Below, piece by piece: positions 1 to 9,904 of a stretch of DNA of 64,000 nucleotides. How positions within the stretch are numbered: the first letter of the stretch is position 1; the number at the start of each line of letters is the position of its first letter. The notes beneath the pieces are model-generated. The model did not search any database and was not told the DNA's origin. It was given only the letters and a program-made list of their open reading frames with translations. The stretch covers positions 34,657 through 98,656 of the forward strand of contig CAZKFF010000006.1 of NCBI GenBank assembly GCA_964552045.1, given 5' to 3'. Source of the stretch: an uncultured Candidatus Saccharibacteria bacterium (GTDB taxonomy: Bacteria; Patescibacteriota; Minisyncoccia; Phycocordibacterales; UBA918). Position numbers and translations under genes: made by a program.

Positions 1-467
1 ACTTCGAATGCTCCTGCAAGATTCTGCATCCGCTGTTCTTTGCGGAGCGTTGTCTGCGGGGAGGTATTGCGCGTTCGGTACAGCACATCGGTGTATACGG
101 TATGGCGGGCTTCTCCTCTGAGAGCCTGCCGGGCTACGGTCTCCACCTGGTTGTGTCCGCGCTGGCGCAGACGGGCACGCGACAGCGGAACGGGAATGAT
201 GACGAGCGAATCAGTCTGTGACGCCAACCAAGCTGAAAGCAGTGCTGCCAGAAGTCCGGCCGCCTGCGGGTGGTTGTGGTACTTGCACAGGTGAAGTGCT
301 GCGCGCATCTGAGGGTCTTTGAATGAGGAAAGTGCACTGATGTCGGGCAGAACAGTGTGGGCATGCAGTTTGAGCGCAAATTGCTCCTCTGTGCATGCAT
401 CGATGAGAAGCTCATCGTGTGATGGTGGAAACAAAAGCTGCAGCAGAGATGTCAAACGCACTTGCAT
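1..467 (-). CDS. comF: ComF family competence protein (PRTase-like), truncated by window edge
   Basis: Manual translation from ATG 467: MQVRLTSLLQLLFPP...LHLCKY...IIPVPLSRARLRQRGHNQ...PQTTLRKEQRMQNLAGAF; IPVPL..R...RG.NQ is the ComF signature. Confidence 0.85.
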   Translation of the reverse strand, partial: MQVRLTSLLQLLFPPSHDELLIDACTEEQFALKLHAHTVLPDISALSSFKDPQMRAALHLCKYHNHPQAAGLLAALLSAWLASQTDSLVIIPVPLSRARLRQRGHNQVETVARQALRGEARHTVYTDVLYRTRNTSPQTTLRKEQRMQNLAGAFE

Positions 468-512
468 TGCTTTAAGTATACGATGAGATGATGCTAGAAT
501 GAGCACAAATAT

Positions 513-1601
513 ATGGCGATAGATCTTAAGAATGTTTTTTCATTTTTAAAAAAATCATCCAACCAGTCCCCCGATAAGGTGGTCGGTATAGATTTTGGCT
601 CTTCGTCGATCAAGGTTGCCGAGGTCGAACTTCGCGACGAAGTGCTTGCGCTGAACACGTACGGCGAGCTCCAACTTGGGCCGTATGCCGGGGTAGAGAT
701 GGGGAAAGCAGTGAAACTTCCCACGCCCAAGCGGACAGAGGCACTGATCGACATCATGCGCGAGTCGGGCATATCGGCAAAAAACGGTGTCATGGCTCTG
801 CCGTTGCTCGATAGTTTCGTGACGATCGTATCTCTTGAGATCAAAAAAGACGAAGATATTTCTGCACGGATACCTGTGGAAGCCCGAAAATACATCCCTG
901 TTCCGTTGACCGATGTGACGCTTGAATGGAGCGAATTGTCATCGGAGGAAGAAGAGGGATCCGCCCGTAAGGAAGTGCTCCTTGCTGCCATACAGAACGA
1001 TGCACTTGTTGATATGTCCAGTCTCCTCGGAGCAATACAAATGGTGTCACAACCATCTGAGATTGAGCTGTTCAGCACGCTCCGGGCGCTCACCAGGGAA
1101 TCCGACGACGCGATCGTGATCATAGACATGGGGGCACAGATGAGTAAGCTCTATATCTCGGAAGGAGGATTCCTCCGCCGTATCCATCGGGTGCGGGCAG
1201 GCGGTATGCATGCGACCGAAGCACTCGCACGCTTCCTGAACGTCCCATTGGAAGAGGCTGAGAACAGGAAACGCAACTATACGCCGGGAGTCGCATCGGC
1301 TGAAGAGATCAAGAAGATCGTCGCACAGACATTCGACCGCCCGCTCCAGGAGTTCAGAAGAGTGGTGAGTCAGTATGAACAGCACAGCGGCAAACAGAGC
1401 ACCCGCGTGGTCTTTACCGGCGGCAGCGCGCTCTTCCACGATTTCACCTCGTACGCGAGCTATGTCTTCGACAGGGAAGTGGAGCTTGCCAATCCGTTCA
1501 CCAAAGTAGGATACCCTGCATTCATGGAGGATAAGCTGCGCGAGATCGGTCCGGTGTTCGCAACAGCGCTCGGGGCCGCACTTCGGCCGTTTGAGCAGTA
1601 A
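513..1601 (+). CDS. pilM: Type IV pilus assembly protein PilM
   Basis: VGIDFGSSSIKV actin-like motif, EARKYIPVP, IIDMGA, FTGGSA; first gene of the pilus cluster. Confidence 0.9.
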   Translation: MAIDLKNVFSFLKKSSNQSPDKVVGIDFGSSSIKVAEVELRDEVLALNTYGELQLGPYAGVEMGKAVKLPTPKRTEALIDIMRESGISAKNGVMALPLLDSFVTIVSLEIKKDEDISARIPVEARKYIPVPLTDVTLEWSELSSEEEEGSARKEVLLAAIQNDALVDMSSLLGAIQMVSQPSEIELFSTLRALTRESDDAIVIIDMGAQMSKLYISEGGFLRRIHRVRAGGMHATEALARFLNVPLEEAENRKRNYTPGVASAEEIKKIVAQTFDRPLQEFRRVVSQYEQHSGKQSTRVVFTGGSALFHDFTSYASYVFDREVELANPFTKVGYPAFMEDKLREIGPVFATALGAALRPFEQ

Positions 1602-1656
1602 GCTGTCCACATAACGCGCAATAGGCAAATGCTGAAGTGCGTATAATAGTAATAGT

Positions 1657-2424
1657 ATGATTAACTCTCAAGGTACTTCCTTCATTCCTCAGCGTCCCAG
1701 CAAAGGGAAGGTCAACACGCGACGCGTCCGCAAGATCTACGTCCTTTCATATATAAGTTACATACTCTTCTTTGGAGCGGTGCTTGCAGCGTGTGGCGTA
1801 TTTTTTCTCAATTTATCGCTTGATGCGCAGCTTGAGAAGCAAAAGGAGCTGCTTTCCGCAGAGCGCGACCAGTTCAATCAGGGCGAGATCGAGAGCATCC
1901 GCGAACTGGAGAAGCGTATCAATCTCGCACAAGAAAGACTTGATAACCATATTTCAGTCTTCTCTATATTGGAAGCGCTTGAAAAAAGCGCGGTACAGTC
2001 AATTCTTTATGTACAGTTTGACTATAAGCGTCTCAATGATGGCGCGCCAGTTATTACTTTCGTAGGAAATACCGACCGGTTTGACAGCGTTCTCTTCCAG
2101 CGTGAGATGCTCGAGTCGAATCCTGTTCTTGCCGATAGTACATTCAGTGAGGTAGCGATGAATTCCCGCGAGCTCGAAAATCCGCCGTTTACGCAGAAAG
2201 TAGTCTCCTTCACCTTCGAAAAAGAAGTTGAAGAGGATCTTGTCCGGTACACGCCGCGTGAGGTGAATATTGTGCCTCCGGAAGAAGCGCAGCAGGTCCA
2301 GGATCAGAACGGCCAGCAGACAGCGGATGAGCCTGCGCAGACAGAACAGACACAGACAGAACAGACAACTGATGAAAACACGGAAGCGGAACTTGAGGAA
2401 GATACTAACGTCGAAGGAACATAA
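1657..2424 (+). CDS. PilN-like pilus alignment protein
   Basis: Single N-terminal TM helix plus coiled coil, acidic Q/E/T-rich tail; follows pilM. Confidence 0.6.
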   Translation: MINSQGTSFIPQRPSKGKVNTRRVRKIYVLSYISYILFFGAVLAACGVFFLNLSLDAQLEKQKELLSAERDQFNQGEIESIRELEKRINLAQERLDNHISVFSILEALEKSAVQSILYVQFDYKRLNDGAPVITFVGNTDRFDSVLFQREMLESNPVLADSTFSEVAMNSRELENPPFTQKVVSFTFEKEVEEDLVRYTPREVNIVPPEEAQQVQDQNGQQTADEPAQTEQTQTEQTTDENTEAELEEDTNVEGT

Positions 2425-2429
2425 AAGGT

Positions 2430-3062
2430 ATGGGATTCAAATTAATTGCACAACTTACGCTCATCGTTGCCGCTGTGGTCATTTTGCTGACCTTCATTCA
2501 GCCGTCGCTTTTGCAGATGAAGAGTACACAAGATGAGCTTTTCCAGTACAGCGAAGCGGTCTCTAAGGCATCGCAGTTTAATGCGCGTCTGCGAGAACTT
2601 ATCGGCATCCGCGATTCATTCGCACAGGAGGACATGGCGGCGCTCGAGAAATTCCTCCCCACAGAGATAGACTCCATAAATATCATGCGGGACATTGAGA
2701 CTGTCTTTAATAACAATAATGTCACTATCACCAGTCTGACTGCAGATGAACCAGTTGATCCCGTCACTGATATTGCCGTTGAGAGCCCTATCATTATTGA
2801 ATCCCAGCAGACAATGAACGGTCTTGCATATCAGGATTTCAAAGTCACCTTCGTTGGGACATATTGGCAGCTGCGCGATATTCTGTTCCAGACTGAGATG
2901 AACAATGCACTGCTTGAGGTCGTGGAACTCAGTTTCGGCGCGTCAAATCAGGATGACGCTGATGATGAGGGCGATACCCCGGTTGTCATTGAAGGTCAAG
3001 ACGGCATATATTCCTTCACCATCACGTATCGTACATACGCACTCCCGTTAACAAGCTTGTAG
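2430..3062 (+). CDS. PilO-like pilus alignment protein
   Basis: N-terminal TM, coiled coil, LEKFLP motif, V.F.G.Y...L pattern; synteny. Confidence 0.7.
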   Translation: MGFKLIAQLTLIVAAVVILLTFIQPSLLQMKSTQDELFQYSEAVSKASQFNARLRELIGIRDSFAQEDMAALEKFLPTEIDSINIMRDIETVFNNNNVTITSLTADEPVDPVTDIAVESPIIIESQQTMNGLAYQDFKVTFVGTYWQLRDILFQTEMNNALLEVVELSFGASNQDDADDEGDTPVVIEGQDGIYSFTITYRTYALPLTSL

Positions 3063-3071
3063 AGATCACCT

Positions 3072-3362
3072 ATGTCATCACTTTTACAAAATACAATAGT
3101 CATTGGAGGTATCCTTATACTCGGCGGCTTTGGATATTACCTGTACACCCAGAATACCGGACTTGATGTGTCCAACGGAACCATCAATTCTCAGGTTGCA
3201 GCTGAAACCGCTGATTTCCTGCAGCGGCTCAATGAGTTGAAGGCAATTGAACTCAATGGGGATATTTTTTCTGACCCGCGCTTCCTGTCGCTTCGGCAGT
3301 ATTCATCACCGGTTGCTCCAGAGGCGGTTGGCGGCGGTAATCCGTTCGATCTAAATAATTAA
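3072..3362 (+). CDS. Small pilus-associated membrane protein (PilP position)
   Basis: TM helix, IFSDPRFLSL and C-terminal G.GNPF; between pilO and pilB. Confidence 0.55.
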   Translation: MSSLLQNTIVIGGILILGGFGYYLYTQNTGLDVSNGTINSQVAAETADFLQRLNELKAIELNGDIFSDPRFLSLRQYSSPVAPEAVGGGNPFDLNN

Positions 3363-3366
3363 TTTC

Positions 3367-5166
3367 ATGGATGTACTGGGACGTTTACTCGAAAATGGAT
3401 CGCTTACTGAAACCGACGTACAAGCAATAGCATCTCTCATTGAAGAGAAAGAAATTTCATATGAAAAAGCGCTCCTGACCCATGGGGTGCCAAAGGAAGT
3501 CGTCCGGAAAGCTCTTGCGGAAGAGTTTGGCGTGGAAAGCTTCATTCTCGAAGAAGGGGGGACCATCAAGGAAGACGTTCTTAACTATATTCCTGAAGAA
3601 TCAGCACGGCACTATCGCATCATGCCGTTGAAGCTCGAGGATGGTGTGCTGCTGGTTGGAGCAAACGACCCGGAGAACCTCCAGGTGCGTGAAGTGCTCA
3701 ATTTCGTGAGCGTCAAGCATAATCTACCGTATAAGCTCGCTTTCATCCTTGATGAGGATATGGAGAAGTATCTTTCTTTCTATGATTCGCTCACGGGAGA
3801 AGTTGATGAGGCATTGGTGTCGCTCGACAGCGATCTCGATGGGGAGATCCTTGCGCAGCGTGAAGCACTCAACGATGAAGATAATCTTGATTATCTCAAA
3901 GAGGATGCCCCAGTAACAAAAATTGTTGCCACTATTTTGCGGTATGCAGTTGATGGCAGTGCCTCTGATATCCATATAGAACCGACGGGTGAGAAAGTGG
4001 TGGTCCGGTTTCGTGTTGATGGCATACTCTCAAAAAGCCTCGAGCTCCCGAAGAACGTACAGTCGGCTGTTGTCGCTCGGGTGAAGATCCTCTCCTCGAT
4101 ACGTCTTGACGAGCGTCGCAAACCGCAGGACGGTCGATTCTCTGCGAACTTCGACGGGCGCAAGATCGATTTTCGTGTTTCCATTCTTCCCACCAACCAC
4201 GGCGAAAAGGTGGTGATGCGTATCCTCGACAATGTCCGGGGCATCAATACGCTCGAAGAAACGGGCATCTCTCCGCATGACCTGCAGACCATACTTCGCA
4301 TGATCAAGGAACCATACGGCATCATCCTCATTTCAGGTCCTACCGGTTCAGGTAAGTCAACCACGCTTTACGCGATGCTCTCTTCAGTGGACCGGTTGAC
4401 CAAGAACGTGCTTTCGCTCGAAGACCCTATTGAATACAATATTCCCGGAGTGAGCCAGTCGCAGGTCCGCCCTGAGATCGGCTACACGTTTGCAAACGGA
4501 CTGCGCAGCGCTTTGCGTCAGGACCCCGATGTCATTATGGTGGGCGAGATCCGCGATAAGGAGACCGCGCAGCTGGCGATCCAGGCGGCGCTCACCGGAC
4601 ACCTCGTCTTGTCCACCATCCACACCAATAACTCCATCGGCGTGGTGCCGCGTCTGATCGACATGGGCGTCGACCCATACCTCATCGCTCCGACACTGAA
4701 ACTTGCGATCGCCCAGCGTCTTGCCCGGCGTCTGTGCCCGAACACGGGAAAGGAAACGCAGGTTGACCCTGCAATGCAGATGATGTTCGACAATGCGTTT
4801 GCAACGCTTCCTGAGAAATTCCACGACCGCATACCGAAGAGCACTACGGTCATGCACCCGGAACCGTCTCCCGGATGTGCGTCGGGCACCAAAGGCCGTG
4901 TTGCGGTCATGGAAGTGCTTGAGGTCAACACCGATATACAAGAACTCATACTCCGCGGCGGTTCAGAAGAGGAGATGTTCCTGGCTGCACGCAAGAATGG
5001 ATTTATAAGCATGCAGGAGGATGCCATTGTCAAGGCGCTCAATCATGTCATCCCCTACGAGGAGGTCAGCAATTTTGGTACGAAGGTAGGTCTTGAGAAC
5101 GTCATCGAGCAGAACGCGCAACCTGTCGATAACCAGAAGTCAAGGGAAGTCACCGATGAAGTATAA
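3367..5166 (+). CDS. pilB: Type IV pilus extension ATPase PilB (GspE/PulE family)
   Basis: ASDIHIEP, PQDGR, Walker A GPTGSGKSTT, LEDPIE, LRQDPDVIMVGEIRD, GHLVLSTIHTN. Confidence 0.95.
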   Translation: MDVLGRLLENGSLTETDVQAIASLIEEKEISYEKALLTHGVPKEVVRKALAEEFGVESFILEEGGTIKEDVLNYIPEESARHYRIMPLKLEDGVLLVGANDPENLQVREVLNFVSVKHNLPYKLAFILDEDMEKYLSFYDSLTGEVDEALVSLDSDLDGEILAQREALNDEDNLDYLKEDAPVTKIVATILRYAVDGSASDIHIEPTGEKVVVRFRVDGILSKSLELPKNVQSAVVARVKILSSIRLDERRKPQDGRFSANFDGRKIDFRVSILPTNHGEKVVMRILDNVRGINTLEETGISPHDLQTILRMIKEPYGIILISGPTGSGKSTTLYAMLSSVDRLTKNVLSLEDPIEYNIPGVSQSQVRPEIGYTFANGLRSALRQDPDVIMVGEIRDKETAQLAIQAALTGHLVLSTIHTNNSIGVVPRLIDMGVDPYLIAPTLKLAIAQRLARRLCPNTGKETQVDPAMQMMFDNAFATLPEKFHDRIPKSTTVMHPEPSPGCASGTKGRVAVMEVLEVNTDIQELILRGGSEEEMFLAARKNGFISMQEDAIVKALNHVIPYEEVSNFGTKVGLENVIEQNAQPVDNQKSREVTDEV

Positions 5167-5173
5167 TACGGGG

Positions 5174-5542
5174 ATGAAGATCCTTCTGGTTGATGACGAC
5201 ATTTTTCTGCGCGATATGTACGCAACCAAATTCTCTGAACACGGGGATGAAGTCGTCGGCGTACAGGGCGGGGAACAGGCACTCCAGGCTGTGAGCGAGG
5301 AAGCGTTCGATGTGGTTATCATGGACATGGTGATGCCGGGGATGACCGGTATCGATCTCCTGCAAGCGCTGCGCGGACTCGCTTTGCCCACACAGCCCAA
5401 ATGCATCGTGCTTTCCAACCAGGGTGAGGATATGGATATGGAGAAGGCGCGCGAGCAGGGCGCGATAGGATACATTATCAAGGCGGATTCAATCCCGAGC
5501 GAGGTGGTTGAAAAAGTACATCAGTTAGTTACACAACAATAA
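5174..5542 (+). CDS. Stand-alone response regulator receiver (CheY-like)
   Basis: KILLVDDD, DMVMPGMTG, LSN, YIIK; TATAAT 6 nt upstream of ATG 5174. Confidence 0.9.
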   Translation: MKILLVDDDIFLRDMYATKFSEHGDEVVGVQGGEQALQAVSEEAFDVVIMDMVMPGMTGIDLLQALRGLALPTQPKCIVLSNQGEDMDMEKAREQGAIGYIIKADSIPSEVVEKVHQLVTQQ

Positions 5543-5544
5543 TT

Positions 5545-6615
5545 ATGGCAACAGTAGACTACAAGCGAGAGCTCAAAGATCTTATAGACATCGTCGTCAG
5601 CGAGAACGGTTCAGACCTCCATCTGGCGACCAATTCGCATCCGATAGTTCGCGTTGCCGGTGCACTCATTCCGCTCCTGAAAAAGCCGATCCTTACCAAT
5701 ACTGATGTCGATGGCTTCGCCCGCGTGCTTATGAGCACTCAGAAGTATGAAGAATATACCAAGAACTTCGAAGTGGACTTTTCATACGCCAACGCCGACG
5801 GTGTCCGTTTCCGCGGCAACGGCTTTTTCAACACAGGAGTACAGTCGATCGCACTTCGATTGATCCCGAACGTCATCCGAACGCTTGAAGAGCTCGGCCT
5901 GCCGACCATCCTTGAGAGTTTCGTTCAGCGGCCGCAGGGATTCTTTTTGTGCGTTGGTCCGGTCGGACAGGGAAAGTCAACAACGCTCGCTGCCATGGTT
6001 GAGCTCATCAATCAGACGCGTGGTGGGCACATCGTCACCATTGAAGACCCAATTGAATATATCTATGAACCAAAGAAAGCGCTCATCGCGCAGCGTGAAG
6101 TGGGGGTCGATACGGTCAGTTTCGAAACGGCGCTCCATTCGGCGTTCCGCCAGGACATCAATGTGATTCTCGTCGGGGAAATGCGCAACTCGGAGACTAT
6201 CTCCACTGCGGTGACTGCTGCTGAAACCGGACACCTCGTCCTTTCAACACTCCACACGAACAATGCCGCGCAGACCATCGACCGTATCATCGACTCGTTC
6301 CCGGCAGGACAGCAGGACCAGATACGCGTACAGCTCGCAGGTTCGCTTGCCGGCATTTTCTCGCAGCGCCTCATCCCGAAGATATCTGGAGGCCTCGTTC
6401 CTGCGTTTGAGCTTCTTATAAACAACAGTGCAGTGGCTAACCTCATCCGTGAGAGCCGCACCCACGAGGTGCAGACGGTCATCGAAACCGGCCTCGAGCA
6501 CGGCATGATAGACATGAATCGTTCGCTCGCACAGCTTGTTAAGGACGGCATCATCACGGTCGAGAATGCATTTGCGTATTCGCCAAACCCGAAAGGTCTT
6601 GAACGCTTAATGTAA
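5545..6615 (+). CDS. pilT: Retraction ATPase PilT
   Basis: GSDLHL, GPVGQGKSTT, TIEDPIE, GEMR, AAETGHLVLSTLHTN, AVANLIRE. Confidence 0.95.
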   Translation: MATVDYKRELKDLIDIVVSENGSDLHLATNSHPIVRVAGALIPLLKKPILTNTDVDGFARVLMSTQKYEEYTKNFEVDFSYANADGVRFRGNGFFNTGVQSIALRLIPNVIRTLEELGLPTILESFVQRPQGFFLCVGPVGQGKSTTLAAMVELINQTRGGHIVTIEDPIEYIYEPKKALIAQREVGVDTVSFETALHSAFRQDINVILVGEMRNSETISTAVTAAETGHLVLSTLHTNNAAQTIDRIIDSFPAGQQDQIRVQLAGSLAGIFSQRLIPKISGGLVPAFELLINNSAVANLIRESRTHEVQTVIETGLEHGMIDMNRSLAQLVKDGIITVENAFAYSPNPKGLERLM

Positions 6616-6620
6616 ACAAT

Positions 6621-7829
6621 ATGCTTTTCAAATACAAAGCCATAGACCAGCACAATGCATCGCGGGAAGGAACCGTTGAGGCCGTGAATGTTGAGGCTGC
6701 AATCTCGACCGTACAGAAAAGAGGGTACACGATCATTTCCATCGATCCGATTGAAGAGAAGACCAGTTTCTACAACATCGATATCAATTGGTTTCAGAAT
6801 ATCTCCAATAAGGATATCGTTATTCTCTCGCGGCAGATAGCCACGCTCTTCGAGGCGCAGGTCTCGGCTTTGCGCATCTTCCGTCTCCTTGCCTCGGAGT
6901 CGGAGAATCCGCAGCTGCGCATTGTGCTGACGGGCATCGGAGACGATCTGCAGGCCGGCAGCTCGATCTCGCGTGCTCTGTCGGTGCACCCGGAAGTGTT
7001 CTCGACGTTCTATATCAGCATGGTCCGGTCGGGAGAGGAGACCGGTTCCCTTGAGAAGTCCTTCATGTATCTGGCTGATTATCTGGACCGTTCGTATCAG
7101 ATCGCTTCAAAAGCGCGCAATGCACTCATCTATCCGGCATTCGTGGTCGGTACGTTCGTGCTGGTGATGGGGCTTATGTTCACCATGGTCATTCCGCGCA
7201 TCAGCCAGATCCTTGTGGATTCCGGACAAGAATTGCCGATCTATACCAAGATCGTCATGGCCATTTCATTCTTCTTCAGCCAGTACATCGCCTTCATCAT
7301 CGTACTGCTGGCCATTGGAGGCTTCTTCATTTGGAGGTTCAGCCGTACGGAGGTGGGAAGCCGAGCGTTCGATGAACTCAAGATATCGGTTCCGTACATT
7401 GGCACTCTCAACCGCAAGCTGTATCTCACGCGCATCTGTGACAACCTTTCGACCATGCTCGGCAGCGGTATCTCCATGGTGCAGGCTATTGAGGTCACTG
7501 CTGACGTCGTGGACAATGAGGTGTACAAGGAGATATTCAACTACGCGCTTTTGGAGATCAAAGGCGGGCGTTCGTTCGCCGATACTATATCAGAATATCC
7601 AGAGATACCCGGTGTGCTCGCGCAGATGGCAAAAGTGGGTGAGGAAACCGGTAATCTGCCAGAAATACTGCAGACACTCGCGAAGTTCTACCAGCGCGAA
7701 GTGGACAACGCGGTTGATACACTCATCGGCCTTATTGAACCGGTCATGATCGTCATGCTCGGACTCGGCGTCGGCGTGCTGCTTGCTTCAGTGTTGATGC
7801 CGATCTACAATCTTACCAATACCATCTAG
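6621..7829 (+). CDS. pilC: Platform protein PilC (GspF family)
   Basis: Two T2SSF repeats, GEETG motifs, ALIYP, LIEPVMI. Confidence 0.95.
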   Translation: MLFKYKAIDQHNASREGTVEAVNVEAAISTVQKRGYTIISIDPIEEKTSFYNIDINWFQNISNKDIVILSRQIATLFEAQVSALRIFRLLASESENPQLRIVLTGIGDDLQAGSSISRALSVHPEVFSTFYISMVRSGEETGSLEKSFMYLADYLDRSYQIASKARNALIYPAFVVGTFVLVMGLMFTMVIPRISQILVDSGQELPIYTKIVMAISFFFSQYIAFIIVLLAIGGFFIWRFSRTEVGSRAFDELKISVPYIGTLNRKLYLTRICDNLSTMLGSGISMVQAIEVTADVVDNEVYKEIFNYALLEIKGGRSFADTISEYPEIPGVLAQMAKVGEETGNLPEILQTLAKFYQREVDNAVDTLIGLIEPVMIVMLGLGVGVLLASVLMPIYNLTNTI

Positions 7830-7959
7830 GTTTTTTCCACAAGGGAAGCAAAAAGCCCTCTCATGAGGCGTATACTATTATCAACCACACGTGTGGAGCG
7901 CACAGCAGCAATTCACTGGTGCGTGTACATAATCTTATTAGCCCAGTTTATAACTACGT

Positions 7960-8379
7960 ATGTTCAAAGGCATTTCAACACGAGGTTTTACGCTCATTGA
8001 GCTCCTTGTTGTTATCGCGATCATCGGCATTCTTGCTTCGGTGGTGCTTGCGTCACTGAGCACTGCGCGTGAGAAGGGTCTTGATGCGGCGATACAGTCA
8101 TCGGTCAATAACCTTCGTGCACAGGCTGAGATCTTCGGCAGTCAGACCAACGGTTCGGTCAACTATACCAACTTCTGCTCTGATTCGAATGTAACTCAGA
8201 TCACCAATGACATTGAATCAAAGAATGGTTCAGGCGCTGACTTCTGTAACTCAAGTGCAAGTGCGTGGGTGTACGCAGCGCAGCTGGTGGCAAACTCAGG
8301 CTACATCTGTGTAGACAGCACCGGCGTGTCAGAGATCAACACCGGAACGGTGATCTCCACAGGAACCTCTTGTCCATAA
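7960..8379 (+). CDS. pilA: Type IV major pilin, copy 1
   Basis: [19 protein letters not shown] class III signal; Cys residues in the C-terminal domain. Confidence 0.9.
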   Translation: MFKGISTRGFTLIELLVVIAIIGILASVVLASLSTAREKGLDAAIQSSVNNLRAQAEIFGSQTNGSVNYTNFCSDSNVTQITNDIESKNGSGADFCNSSASAWVYAAQLVANSGYICVDSTGVSEINTGTVISTGTSCP

Positions 8380-8397
8380 AACGGGCAGGGGGACGCT

Positions 8398-8422
8398 CAA
8401 AGACTCCTGCGGGAGTCTTTTT
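8398..8422 (+). terminator. Rho-independent terminator after pilin 1
   Basis: AAAAGACTCC-TGCG-GGAGTCTTTTT. Confidence 0.8.
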
Positions 8423-8574
8423 GCTTTTCCCCACAGGAAATCATTTCCCGCAGGTGTGGGCCGTATAATTGAGATAACCACGACAACGTGGAGCAGGTTG
8501 GTTTTTGAGACATGCAGCTGGTGTCTTAAGCGCTGAACCCTGTATTAAAAAAGTTTATACGTTTAGGTATTATT

Positions 8575-8991
8575 ATGATCAAACTTAGTTCAACACGAGG
8601 TTTTACGCTCATTGAGCTCCTTGTTGTTATCGCGATCATCGGCATTCTTGCTTCGGTGGTGCTTGCATCGCTCAATACCGCTCGGGAAAAGGGAACTGAT
8701 GCTGCAGTGCAGTCGTCAGTCAATAACGTCCGAGCACAGGCCGAGATCTTCGGCAGCCAGAGCGACGGTTCAGTCGATTACGACGGACTGTGTGCTGATG
8801 CAAACGTTACGCAGATCACCAATGACATTACTGCCAAGGTATCAGCGCCGTACTGCGCCGAAAACGACGATGACCAGTGGGTGTACGCAGCGCCGCTCAT
8901 GACCGGCGGATTCATCTGCGTTGACAGCACCGGAGTCTCAGAGACGACTGCAACAGGATCGGTTCCTTCAACAGGAACACAATGTCCATAA
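8575..8991 (+). CDS. pilA: Type IV major pilin, copy 2
   Basis: Same GFTLIELL start; paralog of 7960-8379. Confidence 0.9.
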   Translation: MIKLSSTRGFTLIELLVVIAIIGILASVVLASLNTAREKGTDAAVQSSVNNVRAQAEIFGSQSDGSVDYDGLCADANVTQITNDITAKVSAPYCAENDDDQWVYAAPLMTGGFICVDSTGVSETTATGSVPSTGTQCP

Positions 8992-9007
8992 ACGCAGCGC
9001 CTGACCA

Positions 9008-9038
9008 ACAAAAAACTCCCGCACGGGAGTTTTTTGTT
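9008..9038 (+). terminator. Rho-independent terminator after pilin 2
   Basis: ACAAAAAACTCCC-GCAC-GGGAGTTTTTTGT. Confidence 0.8.
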
Positions 9039-9077
9039 GCACGGATTCCTGGTACGGTAGTGTACAATACATGCATC

Positions 9078-9902
9078 ATGGATATCCTCCCGCTGCCGCT
9101 ATCGCTCTCCATCGTAAGCATCTTCGGACTTATCATCGGCAGTTTCCTTGACGTGTTCGTTACCCGCTTTCATACGGGGAAATCGATCAATGGCCGTTCG
9201 CACTGCATGTCCTGCGGGCATACGCTTTCGTGGTATGAGCTTTTTCCGCTGCTGTCATACCTCATCCTCAGAGGTCGCTGCCGCAATTGCGGCGGGCATA
9301 TTCCGATACGTCTTCTTCTGATGGAACTTGCCACCTCCGCACTCTTTATTCTGGTGTTTCTTACTGCCGCGAATCCGGCCGAGCTTGGATTCGGCTTCGT
9401 GCTCATGTCACTGCTTATTGTCATTGCCGCGTATGACATGCACCATATGGTCATTCCCAATGAGTTTGTATTCGCTGTTTTCTGTGTATCGCTGCTGCAT
9501 ATGGCCGCCTTCTTTTTCGGAACATACGATGCTCCAGCATTGCTGCCGTTTTTCTTCGCGGCAGTGTGCGCAAGCGCCTTCTATGGTGCGCTGTGGCTCT
9601 TCTCGAAGGGGCGATGGATCGGTCTTGGTGATGTTAAGCTCGCCTTTCCACTGGGCTTGTTTCTGGTTCCACTGGAGGCGTTCTCCTTCATTGTGCTCTC
9701 ATTTTGGGTCGGAGCAGCAGTGAGTCTGCTTGTGCTTGCCGTGCAGCATCTTCTGTATAGTGGACAACACCGCTTACCAATTTTGCATGGACCGCTTACA
9801 ATGAAAAGCGAGGTGCCCTTCGCCCCGTTCATGATCGCCGCATTCATTCTCGTGTACTTCGGGCATGTACACGTCTTGGCGGTCATGACAGGTCTTTTCT
9901 AA
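9078..9902 (+). CDS. pilD: Prepilin peptidase PilD
   Basis: GSFL, RSHCMSC, LRGRCRNC Zn motifs, GLGDVKL, VPFAPF. Confidence 0.95.
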   Translation: MDILPLPLSLSIVSIFGLIIGSFLDVFVTRFHTGKSINGRSHCMSCGHTLSWYELFPLLSYLILRGRCRNCGGHIPIRLLLMELATSALFILVFLTAANPAELGFGFVLMSLLIVIAAYDMHHMVIPNEFVFAVFCVSLLHMAAFFFGTYDAPALLPFFFAAVCASAFYGALWLFSKGRWIGLGDVKLAFPLGLFLVPLEAFSFIVLSFWVGAAVSLLVLAVQHLLYSGQHRLPILHGPLTMKSEVPFAPFMIAAFILVYFGHVHVLAVMTGLF

Positions 9903-9904
9903 TC

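Noticed and set aside
7833-7841. DnaA-box-like TTTTCCACA
   Set aside because: Isolated match with no cluster, no AT-rich unwinding element and no dnaA
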